A DNA stretch of 64,000 bases. Source: Candidatus Poribacteria bacterium. GTDB lineage: Bacteria; Poribacteria; WGA-4E; WGA-3G. The stretch spans positions 3,776,001-3,840,000 of the forward strand of contig OZ251518.1 of assembly GCA_965242965.1 (NCBI GenBank), read 5' to 3'. A program made the position numbers and the translations under genes. Of the stretch, positions 1-9,084 are shown one piece after another (the stretch's first letter is position 1; each line of letters starts with the position of its first letter). The notes below the pieces were generated by a model. The model had not been told where the DNA came from. It did no database searches and saw nothing but the letters and a program-made list of their open reading frames with translations.

Positions 1-266
1 CCTATCGCCTCATCAGGCAGCAGTTTGATAAGTGCTTCAAACGCCGCAATAGCCTTAGACGGTTGAGATTCTTCCAGATACGCAAGCCCCAGATTCTGAT
101 GTCGGACAGCGTTCTCAATGATTTCAGAGTTGTCCATCTTTTGCGCGATAGTAGCACCAACTGAAGTTAACCAGAGCAGCAGTGCGCACCATACGACGCA
201 TCGTAAGCGCAATGTCGTAGAACAGGCACCTGCCCTACCGTTTGAACGTGATAAAGTCAGTTCCAT
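1..266 (-). CDS. TPR-containing exported protein, N-terminal part (runs off the window)
   Basis: Manual translation: MELTLSRSNGRAGACSTTLRLRCVVWCALLLWLTSVGATIAQKMDNSEIIENAVRHQNLGLAYLEESQPSKAIAAFEALIKLLPDEAI. The ATG overlaps the upstream stop (TAATG) and follows a GAGGAGG RBS. Hydrophobic signal followed by a TPR pattern. Confidence 0.7.
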   Translation of the reverse strand, partial: MELTLSRSNGRAGACSTTLRLRCVVWCALLLWLTSVGATIAQKMDNSEIIENAVRHQNLGLAYLEESQPSKAIAAFEALIKLLPDEAI

Positions 267-526
267 TATTCCTCCTCTTTCCCAATGTCCTCGCCAGCCA
301 TCAGAATCGCCTGTCGGAGTGCGTTCCGCCGGTGCTTCAGCGAGTCCTCCAGCCCCTTCAGATGCAGGAGCCAAGAGTCTTTCGATTCGCCCTCCGCCGT
401 GCCAAATCCATCAGTCATCGCGAGGCGGATATATTTCAACCGTTCAGTCTGAAGCACCTTGACTTGTGCGTCATAGTCTTCAATGCCCGATGCAAGTAGC
501 GTAGCAAGTTCACGGATTTTTTCCAA
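266..526 (-). CDS. Hypothetical helical protein (86 aa)
   Basis: GGAGG RBS upstream; translationally coupled to the downstream TPR gene. Confidence 0.65.
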   Translation of the reverse strand: MEKIRELATLLASGIEDYDAQVKVLQTERLKYIRLAMTDGFGTAEGESKDSWLLHLKGLEDSLKHRRNALRQAILMAGEDIGKEEE

Positions 527-701
527 AGTTTGTCCTCCAGAATTAGAACTTGGACATTTTGAGATATGTTAACATTCTATTGTAGCCTATTGCGCGTTTT
601 TATGCAAATGTCAAAAAAACACCTATTTTTCATGCTCTCCGACAAGCCAGAAGCCGTCAGCGGGGCAAACTAAATGTCCTGCAAAAACCGCCGCGTTTTT
701 C

Positions 702-730
702 TTGACAAAAGAAGCATCTGGTGGTATAAT
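702..730 (+). promoter_or_regulatory. Sigma70-type promoter of R-M copy 1
   Basis: TTGACA-17 bp-TATAAT with a TG extended -10. Confidence 0.75.
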
Positions 731-768
731 GTTATTGTTCAAAAATCACGGAAAGGAAAAACCGCGTT

Positions 769-3561
769 ATGCCGCAAACCGACATCATCCAAACCATTCT
801 GAAAGACAGCAGTTACCACCTCAGTCTCTTCACGGAAACCGAGATTGAGGCGTTGCGCAAGAGAATCTTCACGCAAACGGTGGAAGATAATCCTGCCGCG
901 TTTGTCACCTGCGCTATCCGCAATAGGGCGATTCAACTGAAACCGGAAGAACTCATCCGCCAACTTTACGTGGCGCGGCTCTTGAACCAGTACGGCTATA
1001 CCCCAGACCGGGTGGCATTGGAGTATCCTGTCAGTTTTGGACGGGAACGGAAACGTGCCGATATCGTCATCGTTGACAAAGACCGGCCGGATACCCCCTA
1101 TATCATCGTTGAGGTGAAAAAGCCGAAACTCTTAGAGGGCAAAACGCAACTTCGTTCCTATTGCAACGCCACCGGCGCGCCTATCGGGGTGTGGACAAAC
1201 GGACAGCACATCTCCCACTACCACCGCAGAGAACCGAATTACTTCGAGGAGATTACCGATATTCCAAACGTGCACCAGGCACTTTCGGATATCCTAAGTG
1301 AACGTTTCACCCTCAAAAACCTCATCCTCAAGGATAAACTCTCCATGGAGCGGAAATCGTTGAAGGACATTGTCTTGGAACTAGAAGACGAAGTCCTCTC
1401 CAATGCGGGGGTTGATGTCTTCGAGGAAGTCTTCAAACTCATTTTTGCCAAACTCTACGATGAGTTTAAGAGTCAAGAAGACAAAGCGTTTATCTCTCGC
1501 CTCCTACGGCAGAACGTGAGAATGACTGCACAAGAACAAAGCAGTGCTAACGCTCTTGATGTTGCGGACTCTGATGCCGTTAAGAAGGCAGTTGAGGAAA
1601 TTCCGAATGATGATTTTCGTGTTTTGGAATTCAGAAACACTGGGCAAACGGATGCCGAACTGAAAGCCAAAATCCAACGCCTTTTTGATGAGGCGAAAAA
1701 TCATTGGCAAGGCGTTTTTCCAGAGGCTTCAACGTTTGAACTCTCCGACAGCCATCTCGCCGTCTGCGTCTCTAGTCTGCAAGACGTAAAAATGTTCAAT
1801 TCCAATCTGCAGGTGGTAGATGAAGCGTTTGAATATCTGGTGAGCAAATCCGCGAAAGGCGAAAAGGGACAATACTTCACGCCGCGTCATGTCATCGACA
1901 TGTGCGTGAAAATGCTCAATCCGCAGCCCGGCGACTCCATGATTGATACCGCCGCCGGGAGCTGTGGATTTCCGGTACATACGATTTTCAAACTCACCGG
2001 CACCTTGTTTAGCACGGGCGATATCGCTGCGGCGGACAAGCAGCATATCCGCAAGGTGTTTGGCATTGACTTTGACGAGAAGACGGTGCGCGTTGCGCGG
2101 ACGCTCAATCTAATTGCAGGCGATGGCGAGGCGAATGTGTTGCACCTGAATACGCTAGACTATGAACGCTGGAGTGACTGGACAGAACGCGATAAACAGT
2201 GGATTATCACCTATAGTGGTGGGTTCAAGCGGTTGGAAGGCTTCAGAGCCGAGCCTGGGGAAAACCGGCGGTTTCACTTTGATATCCTCATGGCAAATCC
2301 ACCGTTCGCGGGGGACATTAAGGAACGCCGCATCTTGCAACGGTATCGCCTTGGTTCTAAGCCAAACGGCAAAATGCAGACCAAGGTTGGGCGCGATGTG
2401 TTGTTTATTGAGCGGAATTTAGATTTCCTCAAACCGGGTGGACGGATGGCGATTGTCCTTCCCCAAGGAAAATTTAGTGCCCCTATGCACCGACATATCC
2501 GCGAATTTATCATGGAGCAGGCGCGCATCTTGGCTGTCGTCAGTTTGCATGAGAATACGTTCAAACCGCACACCAGTCCCAAAACGAGTCTCTTATTCGT
2601 GCAAAAATGGAACGATGAACCGGGCCAGGGCCCGCTGTGCCCAAAGGTGGATAACTATCCTATTTTCTTCGCCGTGAGCGAAAAAGGCGGCAAAGATACC
2701 TCCGGCAACTATATCTATTTCAAAGATGGTGACGGTGACTGCAAGTTCGACAAAAATGGGCATCTCACTGTTGCGCATGATTTGCACAATCACGATGGTG
2801 AACTGCCTGATGGCATCGCTGAGTCTTTCATGGCGTGGGCGAAACGGGAGAACCTCTCTTTTTGGCAATCCAATAATTCAACGGAGTGGGCTCCCATCCC
2901 CGGTCTCACGTTTGAGAAGGATTACGTCAATGTCCAGTCTGCCGGGCGTATTGACGCGGATTATTTCCAGCCGAAATACGAGCGAATTGAAGCGGCGATT
3001 AAGAGATATCCGCAGGGGTATACCCGCATTCGCGACGAATTTGAGCACAACAAAAGCACCTTCAACATTGAACCGGAGAAAGTGTATCGCTACGTAGAAA
3101 TCGGGAGCGTCAATCCGGTTACCGGGGATATCACCGCTCAGGAGGTGTTGGGCAAAGATTTGCCGGCGAATGCAAAGCGCGTGCTGAGAAAGGGGGACAT
3201 CATCGTCTCGAAAGTCCGCACCTACCGAGGCGCGATTACCATTGTCCAAGAAGATGGGTATGTCGGCAGCGGCGCGTTTTGTGTCTTGCGAGAAAATGGA
3301 CGGGTTAACAAGGAGACGTTGCTTTCGTGTTTATGCTCAGACGTTTTTCTACCCTGGTCTTTGAAACCGAGCACCGGCACCTCCTATCCTATCTTGGATG
3401 ACGATGACATTCTGGATTTTCCGATTCCGTTGCTCTCTCCAGCGGAGCAGGCGCAGATTAAACAAAGTGTCACAGCATCCTTTGACTTGCTGCGGGAATC
3501 CAAAGCGTTGCGGCTGCGGTGTAAGCAGGCGATGGAAATCGCGATGGGGCTAGAAGATTAA
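769..3561 (+). CDS. Restriction-modification enzyme copy 1: HsdR_N-like PD-(D/E)XK nuclease, gamma-class amino-MTase and a fused single TRD (half-HsdS)
   Basis: PEELIRQ/RADIV/IIVEVKK nuclease motifs; GQYFTPRHVI, DTAAGSCGF and NPPF MTase motifs; C-terminal RIDADYFQP, TRD and S-type spacer helix. Confidence 0.9.
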   Translation: MPQTDIIQTILKDSSYHLSLFTETEIEALRKRIFTQTVEDNPAAFVTCAIRNRAIQLKPEELIRQLYVARLLNQYGYTPDRVALEYPVSFGRERKRADIVIVDKDRPDTPYIIVEVKKPKLLEGKTQLRSYCNATGAPIGVWTNGQHISHYHRREPNYFEEITDIPNVHQALSDILSERFTLKNLILKDKLSMERKSLKDIVLELEDEVLSNAGVDVFEEVFKLIFAKLYDEFKSQEDKAFISRLLRQNVRMTAQEQSSANALDVADSDAVKKAVEEIPNDDFRVLEFRNTGQTDAELKAKIQRLFDEAKNHWQGVFPEASTFELSDSHLAVCVSSLQDVKMFNSNLQVVDEAFEYLVSKSAKGEKGQYFTPRHVIDMCVKMLNPQPGDSMIDTAAGSCGFPVHTIFKLTGTLFSTGDIAAADKQHIRKVFGIDFDEKTVRVARTLNLIAGDGEANVLHLNTLDYERWSDWTERDKQWIITYSGGFKRLEGFRAEPGENRRFHFDILMANPPFAGDIKERRILQRYRLGSKPNGKMQTKVGRDVLFIERNLDFLKPGGRMAIVLPQGKFSAPMHRHIREFIMEQARILAVVSLHENTFKPHTSPKTSLLFVQKWNDEPGQGPLCPKVDNYPIFFAVSEKGGKDTSGNYIYFKDGDGDCKFDKNGHLTVAHDLHNHDGELPDGIAESFMAWAKRENLSFWQSNNSTEWAPIPGLTFEKDYVNVQSAGRIDADYFQPKYERIEAAIKRYPQGYTRIRDEFEHNKSTFNIEPEKVYRYVEIGSVNPVTGDITAQEVLGKDLPANAKRVLRKGDIIVSKVRTYRGAITIVQEDGYVGSGAFCVLRENGRVNKETLLSCLCSDVFLPWSLKPSTGTSYPILDDDDILDFPIPLLSPAEQAQIKQSVTASFDLLRESKALRLRCKQAMEIAMGLED

Positions 3562-3706
3562 AACGCCGCGTTTTTTAGTTTGCCATTTTTTAGTTTTTGT
3601 GGTATCCTATAATTGCTTGGGTTCGTGAAACGGCCGCGGCGAAAAGGCGGCACTCGGCCCTGGCACAGTGTATGACTGAGCGCGTCGCGTTCACTTGCGT
3701 TGAAAC
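3541..3706 (+). repeat. Direct repeat copy A (gene end, promoter and leader), paired with 6661-6825
   Basis: Near-identical gcgatggggctagaagattaaaacgccgcg...ttcacttgcgttgaaac; contains TTGCCA-17 bp-TATCCT with a TG extended -10. Confidence 0.9.
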
Positions 3707-3707
3707 T

Positions 3708-3860
3708 TGTAGGTCAGGATCGCCAGATCCTGACCTGTTCGGGAGCGGGCGCTCCCGAACTACAGAGGTGGGCCCGAGGCATTCCGGTAGGAGGGACCTC
3801 CTTGTCCCGATACGCACCACATCGAGACCAGGAGGTCTCTCCTACTGGGAAGACATTGAT
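3708..3860. repeat. GTAG-REP cluster between R-M copies 1 and 2
   Basis: Modules gtaggtcaggatcgccagatcctgacc, gttcgggagcgggcgctcccgaactac, gtaggagggacctccttgtcccgat and atcgagaccaggaggtctctcctac; absent from the paralogous region after copy 2. Confidence 0.85.
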
Positions 3861-3882
3861 CAGTTAATCAGGGAACGTAGTT

Positions 3883-6681
3883 ATGCCGCAAACCGACATC
3901 ATCCAAACCATTCTGAAAGACAGCAGTTACCACCTCAGTCTCTTCACGGAAGCCGAGATTGAGGTATTACGCGAGCGAGTCGTGACGCAAACAGTCAGCG
4001 GCAAGCAGACAGCATTCGTGAACTGCGCCGTTCGGAATAAGGCGATTCAACTGAAACCGGAAGAACTCATCCGCCAACTTTACGTGGCACGGCTCCTGAA
4101 CCAGTACGGCTACACCCCAGACCGGGTGGCTCTGGAGTATCCTGTCAGTTTTGGCCGGGAGACGAAGCGCGCCGATATCGTCATCCGCGATAAAGATTGG
4201 CCGGATACTCCCTATCTTATCGTAGAGGTGAAGAAGCCGAAGTTGCAGGATGGCAAGGCACAACTCCGCTCCTATTGTAATGCCACCGGCGCGCCTATCG
4301 GGGTGTGGACAAACGGACAGCACATCTCCCACTACCACCGCAAAGACCCGAACTACTTTGAGGAAATCACCGATATTCCGAGCGCGAACCAAAGTCTCGC
4401 GGACATCCTCAACGAACGGTTTACCTTGAAGGACCTGATTCTCAAGGACAAACTCGTCTCGGCACGGAAATCCTTAAAGGACATCATTTTGGAATTGGAG
4501 GATGAAGTCCTCGCCAACGCCGGTGTAGACGTGTTTGAGGAAGTCTTCAAACTCATCTTTACTAAACTCTACGATGAGTTTAAGAGCCAAGAAGACAAAA
4601 CGTTTATCAACCGCATCCTCCAGCCAAAAACGGCCATCGCGAGCAAAGGTGAAAACGGGACTTACGCGCCTAACAGTCCGGATTATGAGACTATCAAGCG
4701 GGCGATTGAAGGGATTCCTGACGATGGTTACTTTCGGGTTTTGGCGTTCAGAAACACTGGGCAAACGGATGCCGAACTGAAAGCCAAAATCCAACGTCTT
4801 TTTGATGACGCGAAAAATCATTGGCAAGGTGTTTTTCCAGAGGGTTCAACGTTTGAACTCTCCGACAGCCATCTTGCTGTCTGCGTCTCCAGTTTGCAGG
4901 ATGTGAAGTTATTTGACTCAAATCTGCAGGTAGTCGATGAGGCGTTTGAATATCTGGTGAGCAAATCCGCGAAAGGGGAAAAGGGACAATACTTCACGCC
5001 GCGCCATGTCATCGACATGTGCGTGAAAATGCTCAATCCACAGCCCGGCGACTCCATGATTGATACCGCCGCCGGGAGTTGTGGGTTTCCGGTGCATACG
5101 ATTTTCAAACTCACCGGCACCTTGTTTCCTGCAGGCGACAGCACGCCGGCGGACAAGCGACATATCCGCAAGGTGTTTGGTATTGACTTTGACGAGAAGA
5201 CGGTGCGCGTTGCGCGGACGCTCAACCTGATTGCGGGTGATGGCGAGGCGAATGTGTTGCACCTGAACACGCTTGACTATGAACGCTGGAGCGACTCGAC
5301 AGAACGCGATAAACAGTGGATTATCACCTATAGCGGTGGGTTCAAGCGGTTGGAAGGCTTCAGAGCCGAGCCTGCGGAAGACCGGCGGTTTTCCTTTGAC
5401 ATCCTCATGGCAAATCCCCCTTTTTCTGGTGAGATTAAGGAGAGCCGCATCCTACATCAATACCGCCTCGGCTTTAAGCCAAACGGCAAAGCGCAAGCCA
5501 GGGTGAAGCGCGATATTTTGTTCATTGAGCGGAATTTGGATTTCCTCAAGCCGGGTGGACGGATGGCGATTGTGCTACCCCAAGGCAGGTTCAACAATCC
5601 TTCCGACAAATATATCCGCGATTTTATTGCCGAGCGTGCTCGCATATTGGCTGTTGTCGGATTGGACATTAACGTGTTCAAACCGCACACCGGCACGAAA
5701 ACCAGCGTGCTGTTTGTCCAAAAGTGGAACGATAACGCCGCTGATGGGCCTCTATGTCGCAAAGTAGATGACTACCCCATCTTCTTCGCCGTGAGTGAAA
5801 AAGGTGGCAAGGATACCTCCGGCGACTATATCTATCTCGAAAATGGTGATGGAGATTACAAACTCGACAAAAACAGGCATCTCATTGTTGCGCATGATTT
5901 GCACAATCACGATGGTGAACTGCCTGATGGCATCGCCGAGTCTTTCATGGCGTGGGCGAAACAGGAGAACCTCTCTTTTTGGCAATCCAACGATGCAGCG
6001 CAATGGGCTCCCATCCCCGGTCTCACGTTTGAGAAGAATTACGCCGATGTCCAGCACGCTGAACGGATTGACGCAGACTACTTCCAACCGAAATATGATG
6101 ACATCGTGAATGCCATCCAAACCTACCCAGGCGGCTGGGATACCCTCGGAAATCTCGTTCAGTTAGAGGACACCATTTTCAGGCATGCGCGAGAAACCGA
6201 ATACCGGTATATTGAACTTGCCAATATCGGAGCCAATGGCGAGATAACCGGTTGTATGACAGCATTAGGGAAAGATTTGCCGAGCCGCGCACGTCACTTA
6301 GTCAGCACCGGAGATGTCATTGTTTCATCCATAGAAGGCTCTCTGGATAGCATCGCCTTGATTCCAGAGGAATATGACGGGGCCCTCTGTTCAACAGGTT
6401 TCCATGTGATTCGCTCAGATACGCTGGATTCGGAAGTGCTGTTCGCCTTCTTGAAAAGTTGCGCCGGGCAGTTGCAGCTCAAGAAAGGGTGTAGCGGGAC
6501 AATCCTGACTGCCATTAACAAGGCGGAATTCCGTAAGGTGATTTTACCCAAAATTACGGCGGAAAAGCAGGCGGAAATCCGGCAGCAAGTCGCTCAGGCT
6601 GTGAACTTGCGCCGGCAGGCTAACGCGTTACTGGCAGGGAGCACTCAGGCGGTGGACATTGCGATGGGGCTAGAAGATTAA
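3883..6681 (+). CDS. Restriction-modification enzyme copy 2: nuclease, MTase and a different fused single TRD
   Basis: Same motifs as copy 1; the TRD core is strongly diverged from that of copy 1. Confidence 0.9.
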   Translation: MPQTDIIQTILKDSSYHLSLFTEAEIEVLRERVVTQTVSGKQTAFVNCAVRNKAIQLKPEELIRQLYVARLLNQYGYTPDRVALEYPVSFGRETKRADIVIRDKDWPDTPYLIVEVKKPKLQDGKAQLRSYCNATGAPIGVWTNGQHISHYHRKDPNYFEEITDIPSANQSLADILNERFTLKDLILKDKLVSARKSLKDIILELEDEVLANAGVDVFEEVFKLIFTKLYDEFKSQEDKTFINRILQPKTAIASKGENGTYAPNSPDYETIKRAIEGIPDDGYFRVLAFRNTGQTDAELKAKIQRLFDDAKNHWQGVFPEGSTFELSDSHLAVCVSSLQDVKLFDSNLQVVDEAFEYLVSKSAKGEKGQYFTPRHVIDMCVKMLNPQPGDSMIDTAAGSCGFPVHTIFKLTGTLFPAGDSTPADKRHIRKVFGIDFDEKTVRVARTLNLIAGDGEANVLHLNTLDYERWSDSTERDKQWIITYSGGFKRLEGFRAEPAEDRRFSFDILMANPPFSGEIKESRILHQYRLGFKPNGKAQARVKRDILFIERNLDFLKPGGRMAIVLPQGRFNNPSDKYIRDFIAERARILAVVGLDINVFKPHTGTKTSVLFVQKWNDNAADGPLCRKVDDYPIFFAVSEKGGKDTSGDYIYLENGDGDYKLDKNRHLIVAHDLHNHDGELPDGIAESFMAWAKQENLSFWQSNDAAQWAPIPGLTFEKNYADVQHAERIDADYFQPKYDDIVNAIQTYPGGWDTLGNLVQLEDTIFRHARETEYRYIELANIGANGEITGCMTALGKDLPSRARHLVSTGDVIVSSIEGSLDSIALIPEEYDGALCSTGFHVIRSDTLDSEVLFAFLKSCAGQLQLKKGCSGTILTAINKAEFRKVILPKITAEKQAEIRQQVAQAVNLRRQANALLAGSTQAVDIAMGLED

Positions 6682-6825
6682 AACGCCGCGTTTTTTTGTT
6701 TGCCATTTTTGTCTTTTTGTGGTATCCTATAATTGCCTGGGTTCGTGAACGGCCGCAGCGAAAAGGCGGCACTCGGCCCTGGCGCGATGCATGCTTGAGC
6801 GCGTCGCGTTCACTTGCGTTGAAAC
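6661..6825 (+). repeat. Direct repeat copy B (promoter and leader upstream of R-M copy 3)
   Basis: Paralogous to 3541-3706. Confidence 0.9.
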
Positions 6826-6939
6826 ACGCAACTCACAAAAAACGGCGGCAGTCAACTTGCGGTTCGGTGCTGCAACGCCGATGAGTTGAGGTGTAGGCAT
6901 TCTTAATCAGCCCACAAAAAGGAGGCATCCGGATAACCC

Positions 6940-9054
6940 ATGATAGCGAAAGACATCATCAGAGACATCCTGAGGGATAGCGATTACCATCTTGACCTTT
7001 TCACAGAAACCGAGGTTCGGGCTTTACGCGAAAGAATCTATACCGAAACGGTGAAGGGTAAGGAGACGTATTGCATTAGCTGCGCTGTTCGGAATAAGGT
7101 GGTTCAGTTGAAACCCGAAGAACTGATTCGCCAACTCTACGCAACACGGTTGATTGAGACATACGGCTACCCCAAAACGCGATTGGCCTTTGAATACTCT
7201 GTCAGTTTCGGCCGGGAGACGAAGCGCGCTGATATCGTCATCCGCGATAAAGATTGGCTGGATACTCCCTACATTATCATAGAGGTGAAGAAGCCGAAAC
7301 TTGCAGCAGGGAAAAATCAACTCCGTTCCTATTGCAATGCCACCGGCGCGCCTATCGGTGTGTGGACAAACGGTGAAAAGATTTCGCACTACCACCGCAA
7401 AGACCCGAATTACTTTGAGGAAATCACCGATATTCCGAGCGCGAACCAAAGTCTCGCGGACATCCTCAACGAACGGTTTACGTTGAAAGACCTGATTCTC
7501 AAGGACAAACTCGTCTCGGCGCGGAAATCCTTAAAGGACATCATTTTGGAATTGGAGGATGAAGTCCTCGCCAACGCCGGTGTAGATGTTTTTGAGGAAG
7601 TCTTCAAACTCATTTTTACCAAACTCTACGACGAGTCACTGAGCGAAGAAGACAAAACGTTTATCAACCGCGTCCTGCGGCGGAAAACCGGTGCCGCTCT
7701 CCAAGAGGATGACACGCCTTACACGCCTAATAGCCCAAATTATGATGCGATAAAGAGGGCTGTCGAAGCAATCCCTGACGATGGTGACTTTCGCGTCATG
7801 GCGTTCAGAAACACCGGGCAAACCGATGCTGAACTAAAAAAGAAAATTCAACGCCTCTTTGACGAAGCGAAAAACCATTGGAAGGGTGTCTTTCCGGAGG
7901 GTGAAACGTTTCAACTCTCGGACAGTCATCTCGCCGTCTGCGTCTCTAGTTTGCAGGATGTCAAGTTGTTCAACTCAAATCTGCAGGTGGTAGACGAGGC
8001 GTTTGAATATCTAGTGAGCAAATCCGCAAAGGGAGAAAAAGGACAGTATTTCACGCCGCGCCACGTCATTGACATGTGCGTGAAAATGCTCAATCCGCAG
8101 CCCGGCGAATATATGATCGATACGGCTGCCGGAAGTTGCGGATTTCCCGTGCATACCCTTTTCAAACTCACCGGGCATTTGTTCACCAATGCCGAAATAT
8201 CCGAAGAAGATAAGCAGCATGTCCTCAAAGTGTTCGGCATTGACTTTGACGAAAAGACTGTCCGAGTGGCGCGAACCCTTAACTTAATCGCGGGCGACGG
8301 CGAGACCAATGTCCTGCATCTTAACACATTAGATTATGAACGTTGGAACGAAAGAACCGTCGGCGACCCGAGATGGATTATCACCTACGGCAGAGGGTTT
8401 GATCGGTTGAAGGCGTTAAGAGCGGAACAAGACGAAAACAAGCGGTTCAACTTTGATATCCTCATGGCCAATCCCCCGTTTGCTGGAGATATTAAGGAAC
8501 GGCGCATTTTGCAACAGTACCGCCTCGGCTTTAAACCGAACGGCAAAGCGCGAACCAAAGTCGGACGCGACATTCTGTTTATTGAGCGGAACCTTGATTT
8601 CCTTAAACCCGGTGGACGGATGGCGATAGTGCTACCACAAGGCCGCCTCAACAACACATCTGAAAAGTATATCCGCGATTTTATCGCCGAGCACACGCGA
8701 ATCCTCGCTGTCGTTGGTTTGAATCGGAACACTTTTAAACCACACACCGGCACCAAAACCAGCGTTTTGTTCCTCCAAAAATGGAACGACGACCCGAGCA
8801 AGGGACCGCTCTGCCCCAGAGTTGATGACTACCCAACCTTTTTGGCCATCAGTGAAAAAGGCGGAAAGGATAACTCGGGCGAGTATGTTTGCCTCACAAA
8901 TCAAAACGGACAACCCAAGTTGGACGAAAATGGACATCTCATTGTTGAGCATGACCTGCACAATCACAATGGTGAACTGCCCGATGGCATCGCCGAAGCC
9001 TTTATTGAATGGGCGAAAAGCGAAAAGTTGTCCTTTTGGGAAGACACCGAATGA
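6940..9054 (+). CDS. Restriction-modification subunit copy 3 (nuclease and MTase, no TRD); BcgI-alpha/type IIB-like
   Basis: Same nuclease and MTase motifs; ends at LSFWEDTE, where copies 1 and 2 continue into the S part. AGGAGG RBS. Confidence 0.9.
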   Translation: MIAKDIIRDILRDSDYHLDLFTETEVRALRERIYTETVKGKETYCISCAVRNKVVQLKPEELIRQLYATRLIETYGYPKTRLAFEYSVSFGRETKRADIVIRDKDWLDTPYIIIEVKKPKLAAGKNQLRSYCNATGAPIGVWTNGEKISHYHRKDPNYFEEITDIPSANQSLADILNERFTLKDLILKDKLVSARKSLKDIILELEDEVLANAGVDVFEEVFKLIFTKLYDESLSEEDKTFINRVLRRKTGAALQEDDTPYTPNSPNYDAIKRAVEAIPDDGDFRVMAFRNTGQTDAELKKKIQRLFDEAKNHWKGVFPEGETFQLSDSHLAVCVSSLQDVKLFNSNLQVVDEAFEYLVSKSAKGEKGQYFTPRHVIDMCVKMLNPQPGEYMIDTAAGSCGFPVHTLFKLTGHLFTNAEISEEDKQHVLKVFGIDFDEKTVRVARTLNLIAGDGETNVLHLNTLDYERWNERTVGDPRWIITYGRGFDRLKALRAEQDENKRFNFDILMANPPFAGDIKERRILQQYRLGFKPNGKARTKVGRDILFIERNLDFLKPGGRMAIVLPQGRLNNTSEKYIRDFIAEHTRILAVVGLNRNTFKPHTGTKTSVLFLQKWNDDPSKGPLCPRVDDYPTFLAISEKGGKDNSGEYVCLTNQNGQPKLDENGHLIVEHDLHNHNGELPDGIAEAFIEWAKSEKLSFWEDTE

Positions 9055-9084
9055 CAGTTAAAAGAGACTGTCCTGGACGGACGA

